Part shown: in pieces, positions 11,575-23,260 of the stretch
How positions within the stretch are numbered: position 1 is the first letter of the stretch
How the letters are laid out: each line of letters starts with the position of its first letter
Source: Hypanus sabinus
Taxonomy: Eukaryota
NCBI RefSeq assembly: GCF_030144855.1
Contig: NC_082710.1
Location: forward strand, 183,520,001-183,584,000
Length of the DNA stretch: 64,000 bases
Reading direction: 5' to 3'
Translations under genes and position numbers: made by a program
Notes under the pieces: generated by a model
What the model saw: only the letters and a program-made list of their open reading frames with translations
What the model was told of the DNA's origin: nothing
The model's database searches: none

Positions 11575-14242
11575 CAGGGGTCGGCAACCCACGGCTCTTT
11601 CATCTCTGTGCTGCGGCTCCCTATGGCTTTGGAAAATAAATGATAAGTATTTAATTAAAATGTATTTTATGTTAGTTTGTTAGTTTTTGAAGTGTAATTC
11701 TAAATTTGAAGATTTTGGTGATCTTGTACAATCTAAATAAAACGTGTTTTTGTCACTATTAATATACGTCACCACGGCCAATGCCTGACACCCGCCAGTG
11801 CGCAATTTCTTTAATTTTTCGATCCAAGGTAGGCTAACTATGGAGAATTCTAAAAAAACAAAAGTGACTGAAGAAAACAGAACATTTAATGATACGTGGG
11901 CAGATTCATTTGCTTTCACTGCTGACAAGACTAGTTTACCGGTATGCTTAATATGCAATGAAAACTAGCAAACAACAAAAAGTCAAAAGTTGCAAGACAT
12001 TTCCAGAATAAACACGCAGCCTTTGCTCAAAAATATCCGGATGGAGATGAGAGAAAAAAAGCTGTTTCGGAACTGATGCGGAAGGTTGATCTGAGCAAAA
12101 ATCATTTCAAGAAGTGGATGATGACTGGAAAATCAACGACATATGCTAGTTTTGTTGCCGCTCAGGAAATAGTCAGGCACGGGAAGCAGTTTACAGATGG
12201 TGAATATATAAAAGAATCTTTCATTAAGATTTCAGAACATCTATTCACGGACTTTAAAAACAAGAGTGAAATTGTGCAGAAAATCAGGGATATGCCCCTC
12301 TCTGCAAAGACTGTCAAAGACAGAACCATAAAAATGGCAGAAGACATCAGAAGACAGTAAATTAAAGACATCAATTCAGCTGTGGCCTACTCGATTGCCT
12401 GTAATGAGTCTAAAGACAAAGGTGATATTGAACAAATAGCGCTGTTCTGCCAGTATGTAAACTCTGCCGGGCCACAGGAAGAAATGATTGAGTTGATACC
12501 TCTAAAAGACCAAACACAGGGGGAGGACATCTGTGAGGCTGTCTTGAATTGTTTAAGAGCCAAAGTAATAAAGACCACCCACCTGGTGTCAGTAGCTACT
12601 AATGGGGCACCAAGTATGACAGGAGCGCACAAGGGATTTGTGGCTTTACTGCAGAAGTCGCTGGACAGAAAGCTGCTGACTTTTCACTACATCTTGCACC
12701 AAGAGGCACTGTGCGCTCAAACATTTCCTTCGGAATGCACAGAAGTAATGGATGTTGTCATTCAGATTGTCAATAAAATAATGGCAAAAAGTTTAAATCA
12801 CCGTCAATTCCGTTTGTTACTGGACGAGCTGGAAAGCGCATATTCTTATCTCCTGCTGCACAACAAAGTTCGGTGGCTGTCCAGAGGAGAGGTGCTGAAA
12901 CGCTTTGTCGCGTGTCTGGAAGAAGTGAAAACTTTCCTGGGCAGCAAAGGTCTCACCTTTCCTGAGCTAGTACAGCCAGAGTGCCTGTAAAAGCTACACT
13001 TCATGGTCGACATGACAGCGCACCTGAACATGCTGAACACAGCTCTTCAGGGGAAAGGACGCACAGCCCTGCACATGTTGGAGGATGTTTTGGCATTCCA
13101 GCGCAAGTTGACAGTGCTTGCCAGAGATTTACAGAAAGGCACATTGTCTCACTTCCCCAATTTGAGAGAGTTCAAACAAGCTCACGACATGATAAATTCG
13201 GAGTATTTACATTCTGCAATCATCGCAATGCAAGCATCGTTTGGGAAACGCTTCTGTGAGCTCAGAGAGGTAAAAAACACATTATCCTTCCCGGTCACTC
13301 CCCTAAGCATCGATCCATCCCTACTGAATACGACTGCATTGGCAGGTGTGAGTCAACCTGATCTTGAGATGGAACTGGCCGACATAGCCGACAAAGACAT
13401 ATGGGTGTCCAAGTTTAGACGCTTGACAGCAGACCTTGAAGATGTTGCCCGTCAGAAGGCCATTCTTGATCAGAGTCACAAATGGAGTGATATTGAAAAC
13501 CTCCCTAAACTGGACAAACTTGTTTTCGAAAAATGGAATGCTATCCCCGATATTTATGTAAACATTAAAAAGTATGCGCTTGGAGTCCTGTAGATCTTTG
13601 GATCCACATATGTATGTGAGCAGGTGTTCTCCAACATGAACTTTATTAAAACAAACATCGCGCACGCCTCACAGATGACAGCTTGCGATCCTGTGTAAAG
13701 ATGAAGGTGACGTCATACAGCCCTGATGTGCAGACGCTGTGCGCTGAGGTCCAGGAGCAGAAATCCCATTAACCAAGTATGATAAATATTTTAATTGCCT
13801 ATTATTTTACGTATATGCATATTTTTTCATTGTTCAGTGAAATAGTCCTTTTATTTTTCAGGTTGACAGCTGGCTGACGTTAGTTTTGGTTTGCTGCTGG
13901 CGGACAATTTAAGTTTGGCGTTTTTCATAAATACAAGAAGGACTCAAATAGACATTGAGTATTTTACTTAAAAGTAACCTTCAACCCAACGTCTTTTTTT
14001 CGGAGTTCAAGATGTTTTTGTTGCATGCAGAAATGTAAATTCGTTTTCTCTGCAGGAGTTCATCGATTTCATAAATGCAACACATTATAGTTTGTTTATA
14101 CATAGCATAAAGGCAAAAAAAATGTTGTATGCAGTGTTATTTCATTTTAAATGTCAAACGGGTTTTGTGGCTCCCAGTGTTTTCTTTTCTGTGGGAGACG
14201 GGTCCAAATGGCTCTTTCAGTGGTAAAGGTTGCCGACCCCTG
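11575..14242 (+). mobile_element. Complete hAT DNA transposon (Charlie/Buster-group, GTF2IRD2/EPM2AIP1-like transposase), 2668 bp
   Basis: Perfect 15-bp TIRs CAGGGGTCGGCAACC / GGTTGCCGACCCCTG; 8-bp TSD CCCTAAAC at 11567-11574 and 14243-14250; inserted into a CR1 RT region. Confidence 0.96.
11840..13772 (+). pseudogene. hAT transposase, disrupted
   Basis: MENSKK... to ...EQKSH* read across ORFs 12076, 12382 and 13003. Motifs RWLSRG and YVCEQVFS are present. Premature stops end at 12360, 12990 and 13593, and there are apparent frameshifts near 11960 and 13650. Confidence 0.9.
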
Positions 14243-15168
14243 CCCTAAACTATCTAAGTTGCTCTGTAGGCTCTTTGTTTCCTCAACACTACCCACTCCT
14301 CCACCTATCTTTGTATCATTGTCAAACAGCCACAAATCCATTAATCCCATAGTCCAAATCATTGACATACATCGTAAAAAGCAGCGGTCCCAATACCGAC
14401 CCCTGTGGAACTCCACTGGTAACCAGCAGCCAGCCAGAATAGGATCCCTTTATTCCCACTCTGTTTTCTGCCAATCAGCAAATACTCCACCCACGCTAGT
14501 AACTCCCCTGTAATTCCATGGGATTTTATCTTGCTAAGCAGCCTAATATGCGGCACCTTGTCAAAGGCCTTCTGAAAATCCAAATACACAACATCTACTA
14601 CATCTCCTTTGCCTACCCTGCTTGTAATTTCCTCTAAAAAGTGCAGTAAATTCGTCAGGTAGGATTTTCCTTTCAGGAAACCACGCTGGCTTTGGCCTAT
14701 CTTGTCATGTGACTCCAGGTACTCCGTAATCTCATCCCTAACAATCAATTCCAACAACTTTCCAACCACTAATGTCAGGCTAACAGGTCTACAGTTTCCA
14801 TTTTGCTGCCTCCCACCCTTCTTAAATAGTAGAAGTAACACTGCCAAAATCTATCGATTCTTGAAAGATCATTGTTAATGCCTCCACAATCTCTCCAGCT
14901 ACTTCCTTCAGAACCCGAGGGTGTATTCCATCAGGTCCAGGAGATTTATCCACCCTCAGACTATTGAGCTTCCTGAGCACCTTCTCAGTCGTAATTTTCA
15001 CTGCACAAACTTCACCTCCCTGACACTCTTGAATGTCTGGTTTACTGCAGATGTCTTCCAATGTGAAGACTGATGCAAAATTAGCATTCAGTTCCTCTGC
15101 CATCTCTGCATCTCTCATTACAATATCTCCAGCATCATTTTCTATTGGTCCTATATCTACCCACAACT

Positions 15169-15489
15169 GTGTTGGCGCTTGGCCAACTGCTTAAGGCGTT
15201 CATCTAGTTATCTGAAGATTGCTAGTTCGAGCCTTGGCTGAGGCTTGCGTGTGTGTCCTTGAACAAGGCACTTAACCACACATTGCTCTGCGACAACACC
15301 GGTGCCAAGCTGTATGGGTCCTAATGCCCTTCCCTTGGACAACATTGGTGGCGTGGAGAGGGGAGACTTGCAGCTTGGGCAACTGCCGATCTTCCATAAA
15401 TAAAAAACCTTGCCCAGGCTTGCGCCCTGGAAACTTTCCAAGGTGCAAATCCATGGTCTATCAAGACTAACAGAGGCCTACATCTACAC
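15169..15489 (+). mobile_element. tRNA-derived SINE with TSD
   Basis: A/B-box-like head, core gtgtgtccttgaacaaggcacttaacc; 10-bp TSD ACCCACAACT at 15159-15168 and 15490-15499; partial second copy near 49520-49620. Confidence 0.75.
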
Positions 15490-16722
15490 ACCCACAACTC
15501 CTTTTCACCCTTGATGGTCACAATGTCATACTTGCCAATCTGTAGCTGAATTTCAAGAGCATCCATTTTATTTCTTATGCTGCATGCATTCAAATCCAGT
15601 ATTTGTTGCTTTCTGTTTTACCTGCGCCATGCCTCTACTGCCCGGTAACTCATCCCACTGGCTGTGATTTTGCCTCATCTGCTGTCTAATCTTTCTATAA
15701 TCTCCATTGCATGCTAACTTTGATTTATTTCTGTGTTCCCCTTCCTCAGCCCTATTACTCCAATTGCCATCCCCCTGCCATATCCCTCACCAATCCTGTG
15801 ACCAACCTCAGTCAGTCTGGTTCCAAATTTGAAGTAGCGTGGCTTTACCAGGACTCACATTTGCACCCCAGAAATCTTCCTTCAATCACCTCTAGTAGAT
15901 GTTGCTTAGCCTTCAGCCATGTTGATTGCTTGCGCAGAACACCCAAATGAAGAACAGTCTCAGGGCATTGAGACACAGGAAAAATAGGGAAATCAACAAA
16001 GCTCAGGAGGCAATGAGCTGGAATTTTGCCCCAAGATGGAAATGGCTAAGACAAGGGAATAATTGTAAGGTGTTTGGAGGAAAGTATGGTGGGGTGGGAA
16101 TGTCAAAAGCAAGTTCCTTACACAGAAAGTGGTGAGCATGTGGAACTTACTGCTAAGAGTGGTGATAGAGGCTGATACATAGACTGAACATGTCCGTACC
16201 CTAGAACTTCCTAGGGTTACCCATAGCCATCTATTTTTCTAAGCTCCATGTATCCATTCAGGAGTCTCTTAAAAGACCCTATCGCTTCCACCCCTACCAC
16301 CGCCATCGACAACCCATTCCATGCACTCACCACTCTCTGCAGAAAAATCTTATCCCTGACATCTGCTCTGTACCTAAGAGACATCCAGTAAAGAAAACTG
16401 GAGGGTTACATGAAGAGAAGGGTTCGACTGACACAGCTGTAGATTTGGTTGACACAACGTTGTGGCCCACTGCACTGTTCTATGTCCTACTTGCAGGTTC
16501 TGAAGGAGAAAAATAACGTGAACTAATTTATACTGTTGAAATGCTAGAGAAATTCTATTTTCTATTCCTTTATTATAGTGTGCTTCCAATAAATTTTATT
16601 TGGAAATAGCATTGACTGTCACCTCATGGAGAAAGGAAGTTATTCACTTTTGACTGTCTTCATTATCTGTCCCTTATTTGAGACACAGACTAAAGCAAAC
16701 AAAAGGAGTGAAACTGTCTTAC

Positions 16723-16888
16723 TTGGTAGGGTTCTAATGGACGGTCTCCCACGGGATCTCACTTGTTCTGACCTTCTCGGAGACCTCGGCGACCTTTGTG
16801 GAGACCTTGCCGGTGATAATCTCAGTGGTGATCTTCGCTTGGGTGCTGCGCCCCTCCGCTTGGCTGTTCCATGAGGTCTCCCAGTCAT
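16723..16888 (-). CDS. CENPA: CENP-A coding exon 1 (N-terminal tail); the full exon is 16723-16900 with 12 nt of 5'UTR
   Basis: ctgcAG|gtagcaacaata-ATG ... CCA A|GTaag; encodes MTGRPHGTAKRRGAAPKRRSPLRLSPARSPQRSPRSPRRSEQVRSRGRPSIRTLP. KRRGAAPKRRSP resembles the vertebrate CENP-A tail motif (human RKPEAPRRRSP). The phase-1 end fits exon 2 (A|GG = Arg). Confidence 0.9.
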
Positions 16889-17369
16889 TATTGTTGCTAC
16901 CTGCAGTTTAAGTATTTGATAAATCACACCAGTTCTTCCATTTGCATGGTATCACATTGAAAATATTTCACTGACAATGAAAACACAGAAGAAAGGTTGC
17001 ACAATGAAAAGAACTCCTTTTGTAAGGATTAATCCATGTATACAACAAACACTGCCTTATCTTCCAATTATCTGCACCCTCTACAAAAATCCTCAGCTGA
17101 GTTTGTGAGACATGACCTTCCCCACACAGAGCTATGCCAACTACACTTTTACAAAATGTACCAAGAGTCTTCACTAAAAGGATTTTTCAGTTTTTTTTTA
17201 ACTACATTCCTAAACTGTGGAATGCAATACCTAAAAACTAAAGGGACACAGACTCAGTTGACATTTTTAAGGACAAACACAAAACCTATTTACTTAACCT
17301 TACTTTTAACAAACAACTTTTTGTCTTTTATTTTCACATTTGCATTTTATCCCATTGTAAAGCACTTTG

Positions 17370-17735
17370 ATTCGGGCAGATGGGGCTTGTCAGCCATGGT
17401 TGGCAGCTCAACTAGGAGAAGGAAAACTCTGACCTCAAACCTCTGCTGCCTTGCGGCTACACCCACTCATGGGGATGGCTTCGGGATTAAACCCCGAGGA
17501 AAAACCCAGAGCCGAAGTCCCTAAAACAGTCCTTTGTTGAGTTCAATGCTGAATGGCAACTGTGATGCCACTGGTGCCAAACTGTATCAGTCGCTGCAGT
17601 TCCACTGGATTGATCAGCTGTTTGGAGAGGACAAGCCTGCCGCATGGGCAACAGCTTGCTCTCCATATCGTACTGTCCTGGCTTGTATATCACGTAGACA
17701 GCTAGAACACAATATCCATGGTCAACCCTGACGAA
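17370..17735. repeat. Unclassified interspersed repeat (possibly an RTE-type 5'UTR); copies at about 39400-39700, 56890-57330, 60840-61380, 62770-63060
   Basis: Shared block aggagaaggaaaactctga.ctcaaacct..gctgccttgcggcta.acccac. Confidence 0.65.
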
Positions 17736-19139
17736 TGAAGGGCCTCAAAACACTTTGAACTACGTCATCTGTAAGAGAAGTACACTATAAGATTTTTATT
17801 ATTATTAATTTCCCTACCATGGATACAAGGCTCACCAGCTGAAAAATGCCTGTTTTGTCTCTATTGCCATTCGTTAACTGAACAACTTCAGCTGTATTCC
17901 TCTTCCCCTTGCACAACCCCACCACCCCCGGACCCATCCTTGCCTATGGCTAACATGGAAACATGAGATTTCCATCAAGAACCCAGCAGTCCCCTCCTCT
18001 CTTGCCTCTCTCAATAATCCAGGATAGATCCCATCTGGCCTGGGCATTTATGCACCTGAACGTCCTTCCTGAAGATCAAACACTTTCTCCTTCTTGACAG
18101 TAGCACACCCCTTTCTGATCTCACTGTCCTGCATATCCTTCTCCTTGATGAACACCAATAACACGTACTTGTTTAGTACCTCAGTACCACTTCTCTGCCT
18201 CTTCATCATAACGCTTGGCTGTCAGAGTCCAGAAACTGGCTCTCAGTGTTTTCAATGAATTACCCCTCAGCTGCACAAGAAATAGAGGACTCCTTATTCA
18301 CCACTGAGATTACGTTCTAGTACGTGCTCGAGAACTGGATTCCAAAGTTCAACGTAAATTCATCACCAGAGTACGTACCGCCCTGAGCTTCAATTTCCTG
18401 CAGGGTCACTCAGCAAATCAAAGGAACCACAGCAAACAGGATCAATGAAAGAGCAGAAGAATAGGAGAGAGCAAACTGTTGAAATGCATCTGTAAATAAA
18501 TAGCAATAAGTAATGAGAACATGAAACAACAAGATAAAAAGTCCTTAAAGTGAGATCATTGGTTGTGGGAACATCAATAAAATGAGCATAATTATCCACT
18601 GCTGTTCAAGAGCCTTCTGACCGCAGTAGTGGTGAGTCCTGAGGCACTTGCACCTTCTACCTGATGGCAGCAGCAAGAAAAGTCCATGGCCTGGGTGGTG
18701 AGGATCTTTGATAATGGATGCTGCTTTTCTACAGCAACATTTCATGCAGATGTGCTCAATGGTTGGGAGGATTTTACCCGTGATGCAGTGAGCCAAATCC
18801 ACTACCTTTGGTAGGATTTTCTATTCAAAAGCATTAGTGTTCCCATACCAGGCCACGATGCAGCCAGTCAGTACACTTTCCACTACACATTTATGGACGT
18901 TCGTCAAGGTTTGGGATGACATACTGAATCTCCGCAGCCTTCGGAGGAAACAGAGTGCTTTCTTTGCAATTACAATGATATGATTCCCCCACCAAAGGAA
19001 ATATCATCTCAATATCTGCATTGTCAACCCTTCTTAGAATATAGTTGGTTTCATTAGGTGCTAAACTGACCTTTGAGTAGATTAACAGGGTGGCACAGCA
19101 TCGAGAACCAAAGGGTCTTTATTGTACTGTTCTACATTC

Positions 19140-19340
19140 AGAGCAACACACTCAAAATGCTGGAGGAACGCAGCAAGTCAGGTAGCATCAATGGAAAAGA
19201 ATAAAGAGACATCATTTCCTGATGAAAGATCTTCCGACTGTTTATTGTTTTACTGCCTGACCTGCTGAGTTCCTCCAGCATTTTGCGCGTGTGCACGTAC
19301 ACGGCACTTGGATTTGCAGCATCTGCAGACTTACTCTTGC
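19140..19340. mobile_element. Penelope tail fold-back (inverted pair)
   Basis: aaaatgctggaggaac..caggtagcatc ... gctgacctgctgagttcctccagcatttt. Confidence 0.7.
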
Positions 19341-19559
19341 TTGCTTTGAGTTCACTTTGGCCTGCATTTTATGGGTAAGGCCAGTTGAGCTTGTTACAGA
19401 TGTTCACTCCCTGATAACCAACCCTGTAAGAGCTCTTTATTTCCCTACTACTTGCTAATCCTGCAGCATTTTGGGTGCATCACTCTGGTTTTGGCATCTA
19501 TAGAATTTCTGCTGTTAATGTCCAATGCTCTATAGGACATAAACTAAAATCACCCAATC

Positions 19560-21485
19560 TGGTATCACATTGCAAAATTGCCATTCGAGATCCCATGGAA
19601 AGGTACTAACATAAATAGAGGATTGGCTGACTGGCAGGAAGCAAAGTGAAGAAATAAAGGGGGCCATTCTACTTGGCTGCTGGTGACTAGCAGTGTGACG
19701 GAGGGGTCTGTGTAGAGACCACTACTTTTCATATTATATATCATGTTAACGATATGGATGATGGAACTAATTGCTTTGTGGCCAAGTTTGAGGGCGATAC
19801 AAAGATAGGTGGAGGGGAAGAGGGTGTTAAGGAAGCAGGATGTCTGCAGAAGGACTTGGACTGGTAATGACTGGTAACATCAGGAGATTGAACAAAGATA
19901 CAGACGGAATATAGTGTCCGGTAGTGTATGATCAATCACTTTGGTAGAAGGAATAAAGGTATAATTTATCTTCTAAGCAGGCAGAAAATTCAAAAATCTG
20001 AGGGGCAAAGGGACTTGGGAATCCTCATGCAGGATTCCTTAAAGGTTAACAAAGGCAAATGAAATGTTACCCATCATTTGCAGAGGACCAGAACATAAAA
20101 TGATGATGCAAAGGTTGGGGGTGTTGTGCATAGTGTGGAGGGTTGTCAGAGGTTACAGCAGGACATTGATAGGATGCAAAACTGGGTTGAGAAGTGGTAG
20201 ATGGAGTTCAACCCAGGTAAGTGTGAGGTGGTTCGTTTTGGTAGGTCACATATGATGGCAGAATATAGTATTAATAGTAAGACTCTTCAGTGTGGAGGAT
20301 CTTGGTGTCCAAGTCTCTGTGATTAAGAAGGCATACCGTGTATTGGCCTTCATCAATTGTGGAATTGAATTTAGGAGCCGAGAGGTAATGTTGCAGCTAT
20401 ATAGGACCCTGGTCAGACCCCACTTGGAGTACAGTGCTCAGTTCTGGTCGCCTCACTACAGGAAGGATGTTGAAGCCATAGAAATGGTGCAGAGGAGATT
20501 TACAAGGATGTTGCCTGGATTGGGGAGCATTCCTTATGAGAATAGGTTGAGTGAACTCGGCCTTTTCTACTTGGAGCGACAGAGGATGAGAGGTGACCTG
20601 ATAGAGGTGTATAAGGTAATGAGATGCATTGATCTCGTGGATAGTCAGAGGCTTTTTCCCAGGGCTGAAATGGTTGCCACATGAGGACAGAGGTTTAAGG
20701 TGCTGGGGAGTAGGTACAGAGGGGATATCAGGGTTAAGTTTTTTACTCAGAGTGAGTGCTTGGAATGGGCTGCCGGCAATGGTGTTGGAGGTGGATACAA
20801 TAGGGTCTTTTAAGAGACTTTTGGATAGGTAGATGGAGCTTAGAACAATAGAGGGCTATGGGTAAGCCCAGTAATATCTAAGGTACGGACATGCTCGGCA
20901 CAACTTTATGGGCTATAGGGCCTGTATTGTGCTGTAGGTTTTCTATGTTTCTATAAAAGCAGGAATATAATATTGAGGCTTTGTGAGACACTGGTGGGAC
21001 CTACTTGGGGTATTGCAAGTAGTTTTTGGCCCCTTATCTGAGAAGGGATTTGCTGAAACTGTAGAGTGTCCGGAGAAGGTTAACAAGGATGTCTGGAATT
21101 AAAGGGCTCTCACTGGAGTTTAGAATGGGGATGGGGGAATCTCATTGAAACCTATCGAATATTGAATGACCTAGACAGAGTTGATATGATGCTTCATATA
21201 GTGGATGGGAGTCTAGGTACAGAGGGTACAGCCTTAAAATAGAGGGACGTCCATTTAGGAATGTCTTTAGCCAGAATGATGTATCTGTGAAATTCATTGT
21301 CACAGACGGCTGTGGAGGCAAAGTCATTGAGTATATTTAAGGCGAGGTTGATAGATTCTCGGTTAGTCAGGGTGTCAAAGGGAGAAGGTAGGAGAATGGG
21401 GTTGAGATGGATAATAAATCAGCCGTGATGGAATGTCAGAACAGATTTGATGGACCAAAAGGCCTAATTCTGTCCCTATCTTATG
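19560..21485 (+). mobile_element. Cluster of CR1 LINE fragments
   Basis: LYRTLVRPHLEYSAQFWSPHYRKDV, MRGDLIEVYK, several 3'UTRs. Confidence 0.85.
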
Positions 21486-21732
21486 GCCGGCAACATCATC
21501 CCTCCCGTCATCTCCTCGTCGACCCACAACAATAACTTATTTCTAGACCACTTTTTATACAGACGTAGCGCAAACTGCTTTACAATGGGATCAAGTGCAA
21601 AACATTAAAAAACATGAAAATGAAAAGACAAACAGATAGTTACATAAATAGGTCTTGATCTGGCATTTAAAGTGTCAACATAGCAGAGCACAGGCCTTTC
21701 GACACTGGCAGCCTTTCCTTCCACCCACCGCG

Positions 21733-23029
21733 GCTCCCCTCACCGTCACGGCCGCCCCGACCCGATCCCCTCACCGTCACGGCCGCCCCGACCCGATCCC
21801 CTCACCGTCACGGCCGCCCCGACCCGATCCCCTCACCGTCACGGCCGCCCCGACCCGCTCCCCTCACCGTCACGGCCGCCCTGCCTCGCTCCCCTCACCG
21901 TCACGGCCGCCCTGCCCCGCTCCCCTCACCGTCACGGCCGCCCTGCCCCGCTCCCCTCACCGTCACGGCCGCCCTGCTCCGCTCCCCTCACCGTCACGGC
22001 CGCCCTGCCCCGATCCCCTCACCGTCACGGCCGCCCCGCTCCCCTCACCGTCACGGCCGCCCTGCCCCGCTCCCCTCACCGTCACGGCCGCCCTGCCCCG
22101 CTCCCCTCACCGTCACGGCCGCCCCGACCCGATCCCCGCCGCTCCCCTCACCGTCACGGCCGCCCTGCCTCGCTCCCCTCACCGTCACGGCCGCCCTGCC
22201 TCGCTCCCCTCACCGTCACGGCCGCCCTGCCCCGCTCCCCTCACCGTCACGGCCGCCCCGACCCGATCCCCTCACCGTCACGGCCGCCCTGCCTCGCTCC
22301 CCTCACCGTCACGGCCGCCCCGCTCCCCTCCCCTCACCGTCACGGCCGCCCCGCTCCCCTCCCCTCACCGTCACGGCCGCCCCGACCCGATCCCCGCCGC
22401 TCCCCTCACCGTCACGGCCGCCCTGCCTCGCTCCCCTCACCGTCACGGCCGCCCCGCTCCCCTCACCGTCACGGCCGCCCTGCCCCGCTCCCCTCACCGT
22501 CACGGCCGCCCCGCTCCCCTCACCGTCACGGCCGCCCTGCTCCGCTCCCCTCACCGTCACGGCCGCCCTGCCTCGCTCCCCTCACCGTCACGGCCGCCCC
22601 GCTCCCCTCCCCTCACCGTCACGGCCGCCCCGCTCCCCTCCCCTCACCGTCACGGCCGCCTCGCTCCCCTCACCGTCACGGCCGCCCCGCTCCCCTCCCC
22701 TCACCGTCACGGCCGCCCTGCCCCGATCCCCTCACCGTCACGGCCGCCCTGCCTCGCTCCCCTCACCGTCACGGCCGCCCTGCCCCGCTCCCCTCACCGT
22801 CACGGCCGCCCCGCTCCCCTCCCCTCACCGTCACGGCCGCCCCGCTCCCCTCCCCTCACCGTCACGGCCGCCCTGCCCTGATCCCCTCACCGTCACGGCC
22901 GCCCCGCTCCCCTCCCCTCACCGTCACGGCCGCCCTGCCTCGCTCCCCTCACCGTCACGGCCGCCCGGCCCGATCCCCTCACCGTCACGGCCGCCCTGCC
23001 CCGCCCCCCTCACCGTCACCGTCACCGTC
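21733..23029. repeat. GC-rich minisatellite of about 41-42 units, mostly 31 bp (26 and 41 bp variants), core CCCCTCACCGTCACGGCCGCCC
   Basis: Direct read of the tandem units; it accounts for the 408-aa ORF at 21655-22881. Confidence 0.97.
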
Positions 23030-23080
23030 GTCTCGAGCCTCCACCGAGCGCGACGTGGGCCCGTGACCCAGCCTCCTTAC

Positions 23081-23150
23081 CTCGGCAGATTCAAATAATG
23101 CGCCTCCAGCGTCTCCCGGGCAACCACGCCGCCGACGGTTGAAACGTCCC
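23081..23150 (-). other. CENPA: Predicted non-coding first exon of CENPA (3' end exact, 5' end/TSS approximate)
   Basis: Strong donor gccgag|GTAAGG at 23080-23075 inside the CpG island and next to the promoter motifs. The ATG exon begins with a splice acceptor, so an upstream exon is required. Confidence 0.65.
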
Positions 23151-23260
23151 GATGACGTCAGCGGGGGCGGTGAGGCCGCTTTCTCGCCCCGCCTTCCAAA
23201 AGACAGACAACCTGTCCCCACCCCTGTCTCGCAATCAGTGCGCGAAAGCCGCATAATTGG
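23090..23260 (-). promoter_or_regulatory. CENPA: Cell-cycle (G2/M-type) promoter of CENPA
   Basis: On the minus strand: CCAAT (23256-23260), E2F site TTTCGCGC (23240-23247), GC box (23163-23170), palindromic CRE TGACGTCA (23153-23160), and CDE-4 nt-CHR GGCGC-ATTA-TTTGAA (23090-23104). Confidence 0.75.

Larger units (their letters stand above)
10742..15690 (-). mobile_element. CR1 LINE ORF2 remnant, split by the hAT and a SINE, with most of the endonuclease deleted
   Basis: NACSIRNK...YDIVT (EN start) fused to the linker, KSPGPDGIHPRVLKE, RPVSLT, VYLDFQKAFDKVPH, LGEWAKKWQMKYNVGKC continuous across the hAT, and a CR1 3'UTR at about 10750. Confidence 0.9.

Noticed and set aside
16640-16927. ORF resembling an SR protein or protamine
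   Set aside because: Splice sites and phase join it to unmistakable CENP-A histone-fold exons, so it is the CENP-A tail.
21655-22881. 408-aa Pro/Arg/Thr-rich ORF
   Set aside because: It is a translation of the minisatellite, whose units contain no stop codons; it starts with TTG, has no domain, and is antisense to CENPA intron 1.
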